Assembly (NCBI GenBank): GCA_021613535.1
Contig: CP075495.1
Span: 2,914,001 to 2,978,000 of the forward strand
DNA: 64,000 bases
From: Adineta vaga
Lineage: Eukaryota > Animalia > Rotifera
Direction of reading: 5' to 3'
Part shown: positions 1 to 14,000 of the stretch, piece by piece
How positions within the stretch are numbered: the stretch's first letter is position 1
How the letters are laid out: every line of letters starts with the position of its first letter
Position numbers and translations under genes: made by a program
The notes under the pieces: generated by a model
What the model was told of the DNA's origin: nothing
What the model saw: only the letters and a program-made list of their open reading frames with translations
Databases searched by the model: none

Positions 1-438
1 TTGAGATGTATCGATCATCAAGAATAACAACTTCTATAGAAATGGGAGGAGAGAGAATCATCAAAAGAACAAGGAAAAATGTTTTAAACGTAATAATCGT
101 ACACAAAATAGTGGTTTGTTTGACATATAGAAAAAGAAAAAGAAAAGGAATTGATTATTCCACATTTTCTTTTTCTCAATCATCAGGTCGATAATCATTG
201 TATATATATATATATATGTGTGTGCAGAAGATAAAACAATACATACGTTTCATTTGTATGTATTCTCATTTGAAAGTAAAAAAATTAATTGTTTTGAAAT
301 GTTTATAAAAGCATCCTTGAAGAAATTGAACTTACTTCGGACAAAAAGAAAGAAATCTCGTTTTTGTATTAAATGAAGTAATCAAAGAAGAAAAGTATAG
401 GACGTTTTCAAGGAAGAGTGGAGGATTTAGTAAAATGT

Positions 439-442
<4 letters not shown>

Positions 443-468
<26 letters not shown>
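443..468. repeat. (CT)n microsatellite
   Basis: Run of ctctct visible directly. Confidence 0.9.
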
Positions 469-469
<1 letters not shown>

Positions 470-529
470 TTTTCTTTTTTCATTTTTGCCTGTATATATA
501 AAGAGATATTCGATATATAAATACTCCTA

Positions 530-955
530 GTATGATTACGAATCGAACAGAAGCACGAATAACGATTTTACTCATTTAATCCCAAGGGCTGCTCCAGTTA
601 CAACAATTTGATAAAGCAATAGAATTCAAGCATACATATACATGTATATCCAGGCTCAACAAGCTAAATCTCGTTTTGCTTATTATTCACTTGCTTATCA
701 TTGACAATGATCCAATCGATGTGCTGAAGACATATGAGAACTATCTAATAATGAAACTTTATTTGAATTGTTATTAATGTATTTCGTTTTTTTTCTCGTT
801 AGTGTAAGAAGAGAAGGAAAGTCTTTATTTGAACAGTTCAACCTATGAATCAACTTTGACAATCTTCAGTATGTCATCGAATATTAATATAAAGAAGTTT
901 ACTCAGGATATTCAATGTATCATCAATAAAACAAAAAGATCATTGACAGAATGAA
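530..955 (+). pseudogene. Possible decayed alpha-SNAP-like gene fragment
   Basis: Broken frames give QQFDKAIE, AKSRFAY..LA..DPIDVLKTYE and REGKSLFEQF..KKFTQDIQCIINKTKRSL, which resemble the SNAP C-terminal half. Multiple stops and frameshifts. Confidence 0.3.
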
Positions 956-2301
956 TAATATTAATAAACTGATTTTTGTGAACAATCAATATCAATATGT
1001 AACATGTAGTCAGTTGTAAAGTACATGATTACAAAAGAGAGCGAGAGAGAAGGAAAAGGTTCTATTTATTTATGTTAATCATATAAATATATATAGATGT
1101 ATGTTTCTAATTGGAAAATGTATTGATGTGAATAAATGAACTATGAATATGAACTGCTATACTTTAAGTATTTTATCCTTCATGATTATGTTTCATTCTC
1201 TGTTGAATAGAAAACCTTCTCATTGATGTATGATATCCACTAAGAAGTAACATAGAATAGTAAAGAAGCTCGATGTCATTACAATTCGAATTCATCCTAA
1301 AACATCTATTTAACTGCCAAGATAAGATCTGTTGGATTAGAACAAGAGAAAAGACATTGACCATAATCACATTTGAATATAAATACATTGAATTGAATAA
1401 CCTTGAGTATAATTCATTAAGGTGCTATTGTTGATGAGGAAGAAGAGAGAAAGATTTTTTAATCTAGGACCAAGTGTGATTAAAATTATATGATGAAGAA
1501 AAAATGGTTTAACGTCATAAATGAATGGATATTTTTCGATTCGATGATTTCGTAAGAGAAACTTAGCTTTTCTTCTAAACTACCGTTTTATCAAATAAAT
1601 TCACACAAGGATTGATGAATACATCGATCATTACTAATCATCTCAATAGTAATACAATTTGCATTGAAATTGTTAAGTAGATTCACCTCGAATACTGGTA
1701 TATCAAAGAATTTGGTTTAGTTCAGTTCATCTCTATATCCTTGTAAAGAAGTTCGATTAATAGTTGTGTACAATCAATAGTTCTGTATTCTCATAGACAT
1801 ACGCTTGACAAACATTGATTCATTTAATTATAGGACATAAATGTTATATAAAGCTATTCAATAGTATATATACAAATCGACTATTATATGCATGAATCAA
1901 CGGACAAAATGGAGAATATTCAGTCTGCTATATTAATTATAATGTATGAATATGTTATGATAAAGCTGCAGTTTCTTGACTGATACAATCGTTTCCTTTT
2001 ATATTGGAATGTCGAAGAAAAAGATGAAATATCTTGATGCGATTTTCATTATTTTTATAAATAGATATTGAACAGTGTTTTTTTTTAAATTGGAAGTTCA
2101 TAAAATGAAGTTTTGATTTATATGATCATAAACAATATAAGACATCACTCTTGTTTTATTACATGTACGGTTGCTGGTTTTATTTATTGTAATAAACAGA
2201 AGGAAATGAAAAACATCGTTCGATAAACACGACGATGAAAAAACGAGATAAAAGACACATTGAATGTTATTCGTGTCCAGTGCTCATCTTTTTTCAAAAT
2301 C

Positions 2302-3498
2302 TTATTTCTTCTTTGCTTGAGTTGGTTGTTTAGTTTGTTGGGCTGGTTGTTGTTTTTGTTGTGGTGGTGGTGTGGCCACTGATTGTGGTTGTTTCTTGTC
2401 TTGTTTAGAAGCAGACTTATTTGATGGTTGTTTTTGTGATTGTGATGCTGGAGCAACAACAGCTGTTTGAGCTTGTTGTTCAAGAGCTTGTTGAACAGCA
2501 ACATTGGAATCGTCATCTTCAGGTTTACCCAAAAGTTCGGTACGTTTTTGAAGAATACGTTGTTCACGACGAGTACGTTTTTCCTTTGTACGTTCACGAC
2601 GAGCAACAGCTTGATCAGAAAGCATTTTAGTACGTTGAACTTCAGCTTTCTTCTTATGAATGAATTCCATTAAGACACGTTTATTTTTGAAAACATTACC
2701 TTTGCATTTCAAATAAAGTTCATGATATCTAATTTATGGAAAACAAAACATGATTTCCTTTCGAATCTCTTCTACTATCTATTACTTACAAATGACGATC
2801 AATCTTTTTCGCAGCACGATATTTTTTCAATAAACGACGTAATACACGCATACGACGAATCCAAAGAATCTAAATAGAATAATAATGAGAAATAAGTGAA
2901 AACTAAATTTCTTTTTTTAACGAACCTTTGTTGGCATACGAGCATTAGCTGTACCTTTTCGTTTACCATGACCCATATGGCGACCTTTACGACGAGCTTC
3001 ATTGTTTTTACGTGTACGAAAACGTGAATGTACTGCAACTGGTTTTTTAATGATTAAACCATCTTTAATTAATTTACGGACACTTTGACCTAAACAAAAT
3101 GATACATGTATTCTTGATAATGATCTATGTTCGAAATGAATAATGTTCATTTGATCTGTTTTAATGTTGATTAAATAGAAAAATCGACAAAAAAGAAAAC
3201 AAACCGAAAAGATAGATTATACTTTTCCCTTCCTGTGTATCGATCCATGCTATACGTATATCAAAGATCGATGATTGTTGAAGGGACACTCGTTTACAGT
3301 TGAAAATTAAGACTGAAAATTAAACTTACGAGTATTAGCATTGGCAATTTCATTGGCTTCATTTGGATCAAGCCAAATTTTCTTATTACCACAGCTTAAT
3401 ATTGATGAAGCGAGTCGCTTCTGTACTCGGAGAGAACTGAAGATATTGAATAGAATCAATTGATGGAATGTTAAATTTAGACGAAAGATTTACCTCAT
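2302..3498 (-). CDS. RPL19: 60S ribosomal protein L19 with Q/K/P-rich C-terminal extension (multi-exon)
   Basis: [28 protein letters not shown]; [13 protein letters not shown]; [12 protein letters not shown]; [21 protein letters not shown]. The first exon is ATGAG|gt at 3498-3494. Confidence 0.97.
3141..3290 (-). ncRNA. Candidate box H/ACA snoRNA in RPL19 intron 2
   Basis: Hairpin tcccttc/gaaggga and atcgatc/gatcgat with an internal pocket, H box AAAGTA (3225-3220), a second hairpin and ACA at 3146-3144. The host intron is ~240 nt against ~55 nt typical here. Confidence 0.65.
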
Positions 3499-4158
3499 TT
3501 TATACTAAAACGATGATTCCGATGGTTGTTTTTTTCAAAAAGCACTTAGTTAGTAAACTTGTATAGGGTCGTCAGACAAGTTTTATCCATGGATTTTCAT
3601 TGGTCCACCATTATATTATTCTATGGATATACGAATATGAGGAGGATGAATCGATATTCTCCTTCCATATGATTTTATCATATTTTATCATTACTTCATT
3701 GAATATTCTCACTAATTTATTGCATATATTTCATTAGAAAAAGGTAAACAACTGAAAAGCAATGCAAAAAATTTCTATTGGTTTAAAATTAAACCGTCGG
3801 AACAAGCGCGAACGAAAGAAAGGACGGAAGGAGAAGTCTCTGTCTATCGGTCTCTGCAGTGTCTAAAAGTACTTATTATATTCGAGGATTTTATTTCGTA
3901 TTTTTAGTAACAGATGCATCAGCACGCGATAAATTTTTCTAACATCACAAGCATCAATTTCAAATATTTACTGGTACCTAAAGGGTTATGGACGAAGATA
4001 AGGAAAACGATATTTACGACAGAGAGAGACTCTTATCAACGCACCCCCTTTTGTCCTTTCCTCCGTTATTTTTCTCTTTTATACCACCATATATAATCTC
4101 TCTCGTAAACAGATACTACCGAAAAATCGTACAGACATATTACATCTATTGCATCAAA

Positions 4159-5748
4159 ATGAGCTTGGCACTTGACGAAAATATTGCTCTTGTTCTTCAC
4201 AAGATTGATGACCTTCGTTTGGTACGACACGAAATATCATGTAAATTTCATCTATACTTTCATATCTTTTTAAGGAACCTTTTCCAGTGAGTGAACCAAA
4301 AGATGGAGGTAATGAAAAGATTTTTTTGATCAGTAGTTTTTCTTTACTGATTACTTATCGTTTATATAGAGGTTTTAATTGAAATGCAAAGTGTTGGTAT
4401 CTGTGGTAGTGATGTACATTATTGGGTAGATTCTAATCCTCTGATTATTATTTCATTGCATTTAGTTTTAATTATATCGTAGAAACGTGGTGCTATTGGA
4501 GATTTTATTGTGCGCGCTCCCATGGTTCTTGGTCATGAAAGTTCAGGCAAAGTAATTAAACTCGGACCAAATGTAAAGAATCTTAAAGAAGGTAATTCAT
4601 CAATATGACGATAGTTCAATATGATATTTGTATATCTTAGGTGATCGTGTTACGATTGAACCTGGTGTACCTTGCCGTCGATGTGATTTTTGTAAAACTG
4701 GTCGTTATAATCTTTGTCCCGATGTTGTTTTTCTTGCCACACCACCTGTTCATGGAAGCATTGCACGCTATCATACACATGCCGCCGATTTTTGCTTCAA
4801 GTATGTTTAAATTCCTATTTTTTCTCTCGAGCTCATCGTCTTGAAAATAACATGCCAATAGATTACCAGATCATGTTTCGTATGAAGAAGGTGCATTTTG
4901 TGAACCATTGAGTGTTGGTGTACATGCTTGCCGTCGTGCTGGTGTCAGTATTGGAGCGAAAGTTTTAATAACTGGCGCTGGTAATATCCACATGTATATC
5001 TATTTGATATAATCTATATATCTATAATTCACAGGACCTATTGGTCTTGTCAGTATGTTATCAGCGAAAGCAATGGGAGCTGATACAATTATCATGACTG
5101 GTGAGACTTTATTATATTTAAATGATTAACAGGTAATAGTTACATCAAGTTCTTTAAATTATTCAGATATAAGTCAATCTCGACTTGATTTTGCCAAGAA
5201 AATTGGAGCCAGTTATGTTCTTCTTGCTGACAGTGATCCACAAAAAACAGCACAAATGATAACAGAAACGCTTGGATGTATGCCGAATATTTCAATTGAA
5301 TGTTCAGGTGCTGAATCATCTATTCAAACAGCATTCTACGTAAATCATTCGTTACATATCAACAAGATTATAACTATTGCCTTTGTTTGTTTTTTCAATT
5401 CTAGGCAACAGTTTCAGGAGGTGTAGTTGTTCTTGTTGGTCTTGGACGTCCATTAGCATCGCTACCTATTGTCAATGCTGCTATTCGTGAAATTGATATC
5501 CGTGGTGTCTTTCGTTATGCTAATTGTTATCCAGCTGCTTTAAGTTTAATTGCATCGGGTCGTATTGATGTCAAACCATTGATTACACATCGATTTGGTA
5601 TCAGTGAATCTGTTCAAGCTTTTGAAATGGCTGAAAGTGGACAAGCTATTAAAGTTATGGTAAGAATATTTCGTTCTTCTAGCTGATGTTTTTCATATTT
5701 TATTACATTTCGTTTTAGATTCAATGCGGTAATGAAATTCAACAATGA
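4159..5748 (+). CDS. SORD: Sorbitol dehydrogenase (Zn-dependent MDR), multi-exon
   Basis: [65 protein letters not shown]. Confidence 0.95.
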
Positions 5749-6016
5749 TAAACATTTTTTAGACTTTCTATTTTTCTTTTTATTTTACACATTGATTACC
5801 GATGTATTTTCTTCCTGCGCATTATATAGGTGTTTGCTATTTTCTATGTAGAGGAAAATAAAAGAAATATCTTAGTTAGTATATATCATTAGTTTTTGTT
5901 GACGAATGTATAAATTAAGAATGATCATTTATGATAGAAAAAGATCTTCTCTAACAAAACAACAAAAAACGTTCGGAAATTATAACAAAACTTTGAATTG
6001 ATCATTGAAATATGTA

Positions 6017-7037
6017 TCAATCGCTTTCGTCTTGATCGTCGGCGACACGTCTGGTTGGCATTTGTTTCTTTTTCTTGCTTGCTAAACGTTTGCGTTTTTT
6101 GCTTAGATACGCATCGATTCGTCCAGTATTCTTCAAATCTGTGTATTCTGTTGCTAATTTCATTACTTTACGAACCTCTATTCGAGACGACATAAAATAA
6201 AGTATTACTTCTTAACATCAATAGATGATCTTTACCTTTAGTTATATACGGTGTCGATTCACCACCATTAGCAAGAGATTCACTTTTCTTTTTAATATCC
6301 TTCGAAATTCTCTCAACACGATCTAAATCATCGACATTTTTCACTTGAGATTTCTATTAAAGAAAAGAAAAATACACATTGACACAATAAAAAGTGAAGA
6401 AAGAACAACATACAAGACGATTAATAACTGTTTTCAATTTCATTTTTTCCGTTGGATCTTCAGATGTTTTTAATTGTTTTTTCAATTCCTAAATTCAATC
6501 ATTGATCGTACGAAAGAAGAAAACAAAAACACCATCTCTTACAGTTAATTCATTTCGTCGCATATCAGTAATAAAATTGTAAGATTGTCGAAATTCTTTT
6601 GCATCATATTCTCCAAATTGTTCATTAAAACGTGGATCAACTATTCTTCGTCTACCACGTAAATGAACTGGAATTTGATCTCGTTTTGCTGGTTGTCGTT
6701 TTGATGACATTTCCATTGGTCTAAATGAATCAAACTATAGAATTTAGATGTGAATGAATGCATATTTACTCTGATTTTGATGTTCGTTCATTTACAATCG
6801 GTTTATTAGTAGTTGATGACTTTTTTGTTTCAACTGCCGATTGTTCGACTTCATCTTCATTTTCTTCTTCATCATCATTATCATCATGATTTTGTAAAGC
6901 TTTTGTAAAACTGAAAAATATAAAATAATATGTTTAAAAGTAAAATGAGAGTAATCTTACTTTTTCGTTCCGAGACGTTCTTGAATTTCGAGCATATCTC
7001 TTAGAGATACTTTAGCAACTTTATCACGAAAAAACAT
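6017..7037 (-). CDS. RRP36: rRNA processing protein RRP36 homolog (multi-exon)
   Basis: VSLRDMLEIQERLGTK, RPMEMSSKRQP, IVDPRFNEQFGEYD..FRQSYNFI, basic C-terminus. Confidence 0.85.
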
Positions 7038-7097
7038 CTTTTAGAATCTGAAAAAAAAAGAAGAACATTTTTAACAACAATAAACAAACGAAATATC

Positions 7098-7650
7098 TTA
7101 GAAAATCATTTGACAATTGCGCGTAGTTTTATGCATTTTTCCATCTTCCCATTGTCGATAGAAATCGGTTGGTACGAAATGTTTATTTGTAATAAAAAAT
7201 GATCGATTAGTCAGAGATACTTTTAATTGTTTCTTTTTCGATATAATTTTTAAATTTTCTGGCTTTATAATTGATTTCAATGGAAGAGATGGTTCATTTA
7301 TCGGTGGACTAAATGAAAAGATACATATAGTTTCGATTTCACATGAATTTGAAGAAGAATAGATATTTCAAGATTAGAATGTTATTCCTACAATACCTTT
7401 CATTGAATTCTTGAATCAATATTTTCTCATTATCATTCAATAAATCAACATGATACCATTCTGGTAATGATTGTTTTGTTGAATTACAATAGAACTTATA
7501 TTTAGTATTCAATAATGATAAATCTAATTGTTGATGAATATTCTTCCAAACATGTTCAAGTGTAATCATCTGTTGACAATCAATGATTTGCCAAAATCTT
7601 CTACATTCTTCATTCTTTCTTTGTTGAATGAATTGAATTCGTTTTTTCAT
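7098..7650 (-). CDS. Short (~155 aa) protein consisting mainly of a coilin N-terminal-like domain, 2 exons
   Basis: RIQF..CRRFWQIIDCQQMITLEHVWKNIHQQLDLS..LPEWYHVDLLNDNEKILIQ resembles the coilin N-terminus (RLQF..FWLLVD..LLPPAESARLVRDNDSLRV). A GT-AG intron (~7397-7310) joins it to the 7098-7280 ORF frame. Confidence 0.55.
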
Positions 7651-8096
7651 ACATAAACAAATTCAATAAATTAATAATCTTAAAAAGAGAATATCTAACT
7701 TTCATTAGTTTTTGCGTTTCTAATCTTCATTAAAAGATATATCTTTCTTTTTTTCTTTCCGAAGAACAATAACAACAACACATCAACAACAAAAGAAGAA
7801 GAAGAAAAAAAATGAGAGAATAAGACAGAAAACATAAACAAAATAGGATTACAGTTTTTGATGAAACGACGGAAGATAAGTAGAATCTTTTATTTAATGT
7901 CGCTTTGATAACAAGATCTACGAAAGCAAATAATAAATAATTATACAAGATATTGTTCGTCTTGAATAGAACTCAAGAATGAATACAAAAGAATTCTGCT
8001 TATCTCTCATATGAATTTGTTTCCGTTTCTTTGAAATATACAAATCGAATAAAAAAAAACGAAGACAACAAAAGAAGAACAAAAAACACATTTCTA

Positions 8097-11000
8097 TCAA
8101 GAAAGATAATTCGACATTGAAGGTAGTTGTAAGTTCGTAATCAATTCCATGATGGTTCCATATAATGAACATTCATCTAAAGAGAAATCAACTTTTCTTT
8201 CTTTGAAAAATGAGAAGAAAAAACAATAAGTTCATACATTTACTAATATTTTCACGTGAATTAGTGATAATTTTTGAAACATTTTGATATTTATGTTCAT
8301 TTCCCATCAATGATTGTTTATATATTCGGTCCCATAAACCTGTTTGATTAGATGTAGCATCATGTGATAATGGTACAATAAATGGTGACATATTGGGATT
8401 ATTCGACATTGGAAATTCATTTCGATTTGTTCGTGGAGTGAATTGAAACTAAATTAGAGTGATTATACAATTACAGGATAAAAATCGTGAAAGAATTGAA
8501 CATACGAGAAAAATATATTGTTGACCAGGTTGGCATGATATTGCTGGATGACCAACTTGTGTAAAACCATTGCCTGATGGAATTGTTAAACACCATCGTA
8601 CACGCCATAGATAATGATTTTCCGGATTCTAAATAAAGAATATTTTCGAACATTAGCAATGATTGAAAATAATCGGAATATACTTGTTCAAGTCGAATAA
8701 TTTTGACTAGGTCACGTAAAACACGTGGATGAATAAATGAAAGCATTCGTTCAAATGTTGCCATAACTGAATTTCGATTTGGTGTTGTTGATGCTAATGA
8801 TGAAACATCAAGTGTTGGTGTTATTACTTGATTCATTGTGTTTGATAATACTGACATAGGAAAAAAGCTTTCATTAAGAAATGTTTCTAATATTTGAATT
8901 TCATCGGGTAACCAAGTAAAATTGGGTTGTTGTTGTTGTTGTTGAGAAGAAGAATCCATCATAGATGTTAATTGAATTCGATACATTGCTGTATTACTAT
9001 CAAATACAAAAGCAATTTGTAAAGATAAATGTTCTATTCGATATGTATCTTGTTCATTTTGAACAAATCGTATCTAAATGAGAAGAATTTATTTTTAAAC
9101 AAAAGAAACAAACAGATATGTAACTTACTGCTGAATTATTTTGATCATATGAATCACTGACAGCACAATTAAAATGTCGAACGAGAACAGATGATGCAAG
9201 AAATGATTCTAATTTTGACCATTGACGTCCATCGGAAGTAAAAACCATACGGAAAAATGTTTGTTGACTCATATAAACTGGATATTGTTTTGCAGATAAA
9301 TGACGATTATAACTATGCAATGATGATGTAGATTTAATAGTATCTAAAAGTTCAAATTTAAAAATGTATTAATCAAAATAAATAGTTTAGAATAAATACT
9401 AGTAATATTTTCATCTGATCGAACATTTGTTGGTGTTGGTGCAGATGTAATCGTATTATTATTGGCAGGTGTACCAGGTGATGGACCAAGAAATGAACCG
9501 GGAAACGTCGAACCCGATTGTCGATTGCCTGGACTAATGTATGGCATTTCTAAAAAAACGAAAAAAGAAAACAATCTATCGATTCAACTGTCGTTCTGAA
9601 TTTACCATAGATATTGCCTGGTGATTGCGTTGGAATGCCCATAGGTGATGGTGCTGGTAGTTGTGTTATTGTAGTATTTGTCATAGGTGAACCTATTGCT
9701 GGCATCATCATTGGTGAACCCATTCCCATAAAACCTGGACTTGGAGCAATGATTGGTTGTGAAGGTGAATTTGCTTGTACTTGTTGTTGACTACTAGGAC
9801 CAACACTACCAGGTGTTAATGGATTCAATGATGAAACTGGTGTGCCAACAGGGTGTAGTAAATGTGGAGTTGGCGCATTTCCTGATGTTGCTGGCCGATT
9901 GGATGGAGGATTTGTTATTATTGTTGTCGATGTTGGAGGAGGTGGTGGTGGATGCAATTGCAATTCAGGTAAAAGAAAATCTCGCTCACGAAATCGATCG
10001 GTGATATGTGTAAATTCAAATGTTAAACCTCGATCATCAGCATATTTAGATAGAAAATCCTAGAAATGAAAAAAAGATCCGAATAGTTCAATTCATCGAA
10101 AGTAACATCGAATTTTACTTTAAGTCTCGGAATTGGTGAAAGATCTGGTAAAGTATGATTTAATTGTACACTGTAAGCGCCATCACGTATAAGTATTAAA
10201 TTAGGTCCACATATTTGTATATCTAATGCAAAAATTTGACCAAAAATTAAACGCCATCGAACTTCAGTGTATGGAACAAATGTAAGTACCGATTGAATAC
10301 ATCCACCCTAGATAAGAAAACAAGTCTCATCAGATAAGAAAAAAACGTATTCTTCTAAAACAAACTTGACTAGTGAAAACGATTGGACGATTGAAGCAAT
10401 TTAATCGACCGATACAAGCTATTGGAATCGTAGTCATATGTAACAACTAAATAAGAATATATTACTTTTAAAAATAAAGATCCAATGATTTTTTCTTTAC
10501 TCGAATAAATTGTTTTAATGAACGTGTTCGATTTAAAAATTGAATTAACTTTCCATTCAATAAATGATGACATGTTGTTAAAAATTTATTGTTCATAGTA
10601 ATAAAACGTAAATCGAATATCGTTCCTGTATGAGAAGAGTTCCCATCTTGTTGTTGTTGATTTGAATTAGTCGAATGTGTTAATGTAGCCTAGAATAGTA
10701 TTAACAAAACTAATTAGGAGGAATGAATGGGTTTAAGACAAAAATACGTACAGTAAAAGCAAAATTCGGTCCATATTGAATAACACATTTGAAGAAATTG
10801 AATAGAGTAACTTCTGCAATTGCACGTAGATCGTTTGATTCTAAAGAAAAATTAAATAAATATATTCATTTCTCTTCAATAGACATTAAAACCTGGTAAT
10901 GATAATGCATAATTTTCAAATAGATGAGTTAAATCAAATGCAGCTCGAAGTTCCATATGAAGATAATCGACTACTTTTGTATAGAATTTCGATGTAATTT

Positions 11001-14000
11001 GTGTACAAACAAGTGTTGAACTATATGGAGCTAGAAATACAAGTAAATTTAATAAAAATTCGAAATAGATACACTTTGCCTACTTTTAATGATTGCATTG
11101 TGAAAATAATTGTCATCCAATAGATTTAACTGAAATGAACAATACAGGCATCTTAGTAAATTTAAGTTTTCGATTTCCCTACTCATTTTACTATACGAAT
11201 ATTTTCAGGGAATGAAATTTACCTGTAAAGTCCATTGTCGTTCCGTATGTTTATGTGCTTGGGTTAGATCACGTAAAGTATAAGCCAATCGGATAGAACA
11301 TGAAGAAATTCGTGGCCAAAAACATTCATTAATATAACTTGCAAGTTCAGTATTTGATGAGAATGTATCATCACCAGTTGATGTTCTATTCAAAGAAAAA
11401 GAAGTCAAATCGTTTTGCTCTTTTCGAAATATAAAAGATCTTTACCGAACGATATCAAGATATGGAATACCTGTCCATGGACTATAAATAATACCTTTAC
11501 AAATGGTTTTTTTACGTTGAAACTAAACAAAAATAGAAATTGAATTGATTGTCGAGAACAAATGAAAGTTTACTTCTTCTTTTAAGAACGTAAATGTTAA
11601 CATTTCATCATAATAATTGACTAATTTCAATAATAATTTCAGTGAAACAATCGATGTCTAAAGATGAAAAAATTGAACACAACAATTTCTATTGAAAGTT
11701 TATTTACCGATCGTGCTTGCCGTATTCGACTATCATCTCCAATTATCTCTCTTGTTTTATCAAATTGAAAGGAATTTTTAATCTAAATAAACCAAATATT
11801 TTGTTTATCGAACAACTCCATCTTTTCGCCTACTTCAATCAATTCTTTTCGTAAGAATGCAGTTGGATCTAATGGACATAAAACTAGCGGTTCTAATATC
11901 CATTTTGCATATTCATCATTGATTGCCATTGTTTGTTGATTATAGGGTAAATTTTGTTGTTGAATAACTAATGGATCATGATTTGATGAACGTTTTTCAA
12001 TAATTAATAAATAATATTGAATTAACAATTGTTTAACATCCGATATATGAATAAGCTAAAATAAACGAAAGATAAATCAATACGAAAAATTAAAAAAAAA
12101 GAAATTCTTACAATATAATATCCTTCATTATGAGTTAATTCAATGAAGATACTATTATGAAGAAAAGGAACGATTAATTCATGTTTAGGATTCAATGATG
12201 GTAAACGTGTAAAAATACGACAATTAAGATGAGCAATTAAGGATGGAATACGTTGTTGAATTAACCAAATTCTAAAAGGATATTATTTTAATTGAAATTA
12301 AATAAAAATATTCTTCATACTTGAATAAATTAATTGTTTCAAGAAGATTTCCATGATCACGATTGAGTGCATGTTCAATCTGTTGTAAATATCGAGATTC
12401 TTAAAACGAAAAAGAAAATTAAAAAGATGAAACTAATAAAGCTCGATTTATCTATTACCCATATATGATACAACTTTATATAGACCCGAAAAAGGACTGA
12501 TGGAAATAAATAGAATTTCTTCCGTTCTACTTTCAAGTAATAATTCACATTTTAATACTGGAATTGAGGAATCAATTTCAACTAAATAGAGAACATATGA
12601 ATCAATTCTGTTAATTCAAAATATTCCTCCATACTATTTTCACATGTCGTTGCAAGAACAGTTTCTTTCAATTCCTAGAAGAAAATAATTCAATTACTCT
12701 ATTCTATGTAGACGTATAAAATAACGACTTCAAATCGACGTTGACATCGTGCAGATATTGTTCGATTCATAACTTCTTCGATTGTAAATGTTGGTTTCTA
12801 AAATCAATTCATAGAAATTCAAATCAACAAAAAACACTCGTCTTCTTCTTTACTTCTAAAATTTCTAAAATAGCAACACTATCTTCGATAGGTAATGGTG
12901 GCCAATGCATAATTTGAAATTTTCCATCATCATCACAAACAATCGTCATACCAAAATCTAAAATATCAATTCAATAATAAGAATTCATTTTTGAACTATC
13001 CAATAAATTTACCACGAAATCTTTCGTTCACCATAGGTTTCTTTTGTGAATTATTAAAACCATTTAGATTATATTCTTTCCAATATTCAATATTAAAACT
13101 TTTACATGGAATATAGTTTGATAAATGTAAATGTTTTTGTTTTGTACTTCGATTACGTATTCGATATGCCTGAAATAAGACGATTAATATCAACATATTT
13201 CAGTAAGAATCTCATTTACTTGTTCGTATAAAATTTGTAAACGTAATGATTGACAATAATAATCTAATTTGTTGAAAAGAAAGTAAGAAATGTTTTGAAA
13301 ATGAATGATATCACATACGTAAATAACGATAGAGTTCAACAAGTGGATTTTCTGATTCGATGAGCCAACTTTGAATATAATTTGTTAATGTTTGCATCTA
13401 TCAATGAAGTTTTAAGGATCATAATTATATTATAGAAAGTTAAACTTACTTGTGCCGTATGAACAAGCTCTTGTTCTATGAGAAGAAAGAAGAGAATGTG
13501 TGAATAGAATGCTCTTTTTTTACATCCTACCTGGTTCTTCTGGATCACGTAGAAACAATTTTGTTTTATAAACATGCCAAGGTGCAAAGAGATTATCACT
13601 TGTTATACCTAATTTCACTTCAAATTCTCCTTCGACAGCTAATGTTACAATACCATTTTCTACGAAGATATCGATAGATAAGCGGAACAATTTCGAATGT
13701 GAACATACTTATAGAAACATTTGTAAATTGAAGAGGTAATTCTGCAATTGCTAATCTTGCAGTAAGAATTTGTTGAAGACGTGGTAAAATTTCTTGACGT
13801 TCAATTTCACTTGCAGGTATAAAAGGAGTTGTCGCTTCCTAAACAAAAAACTTTGTTTTACTCGAGAAAAGAAAAATTAAAAGATTTGTTTTTGACAAAC
13901 CGCTATTCGTTCAGGTAAATAATTTACTGAACCAAGTGTTAATGCATCAATTGCATCTGTAATAGGATAATTTGATAATCTAAATAAATAAAATAGATTT

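Noticed and set aside
1173-1800. Coding-like stretch on the minus strand
   Set aside because: Many stops and no recognisable family. It may be a relic but cannot be supported.
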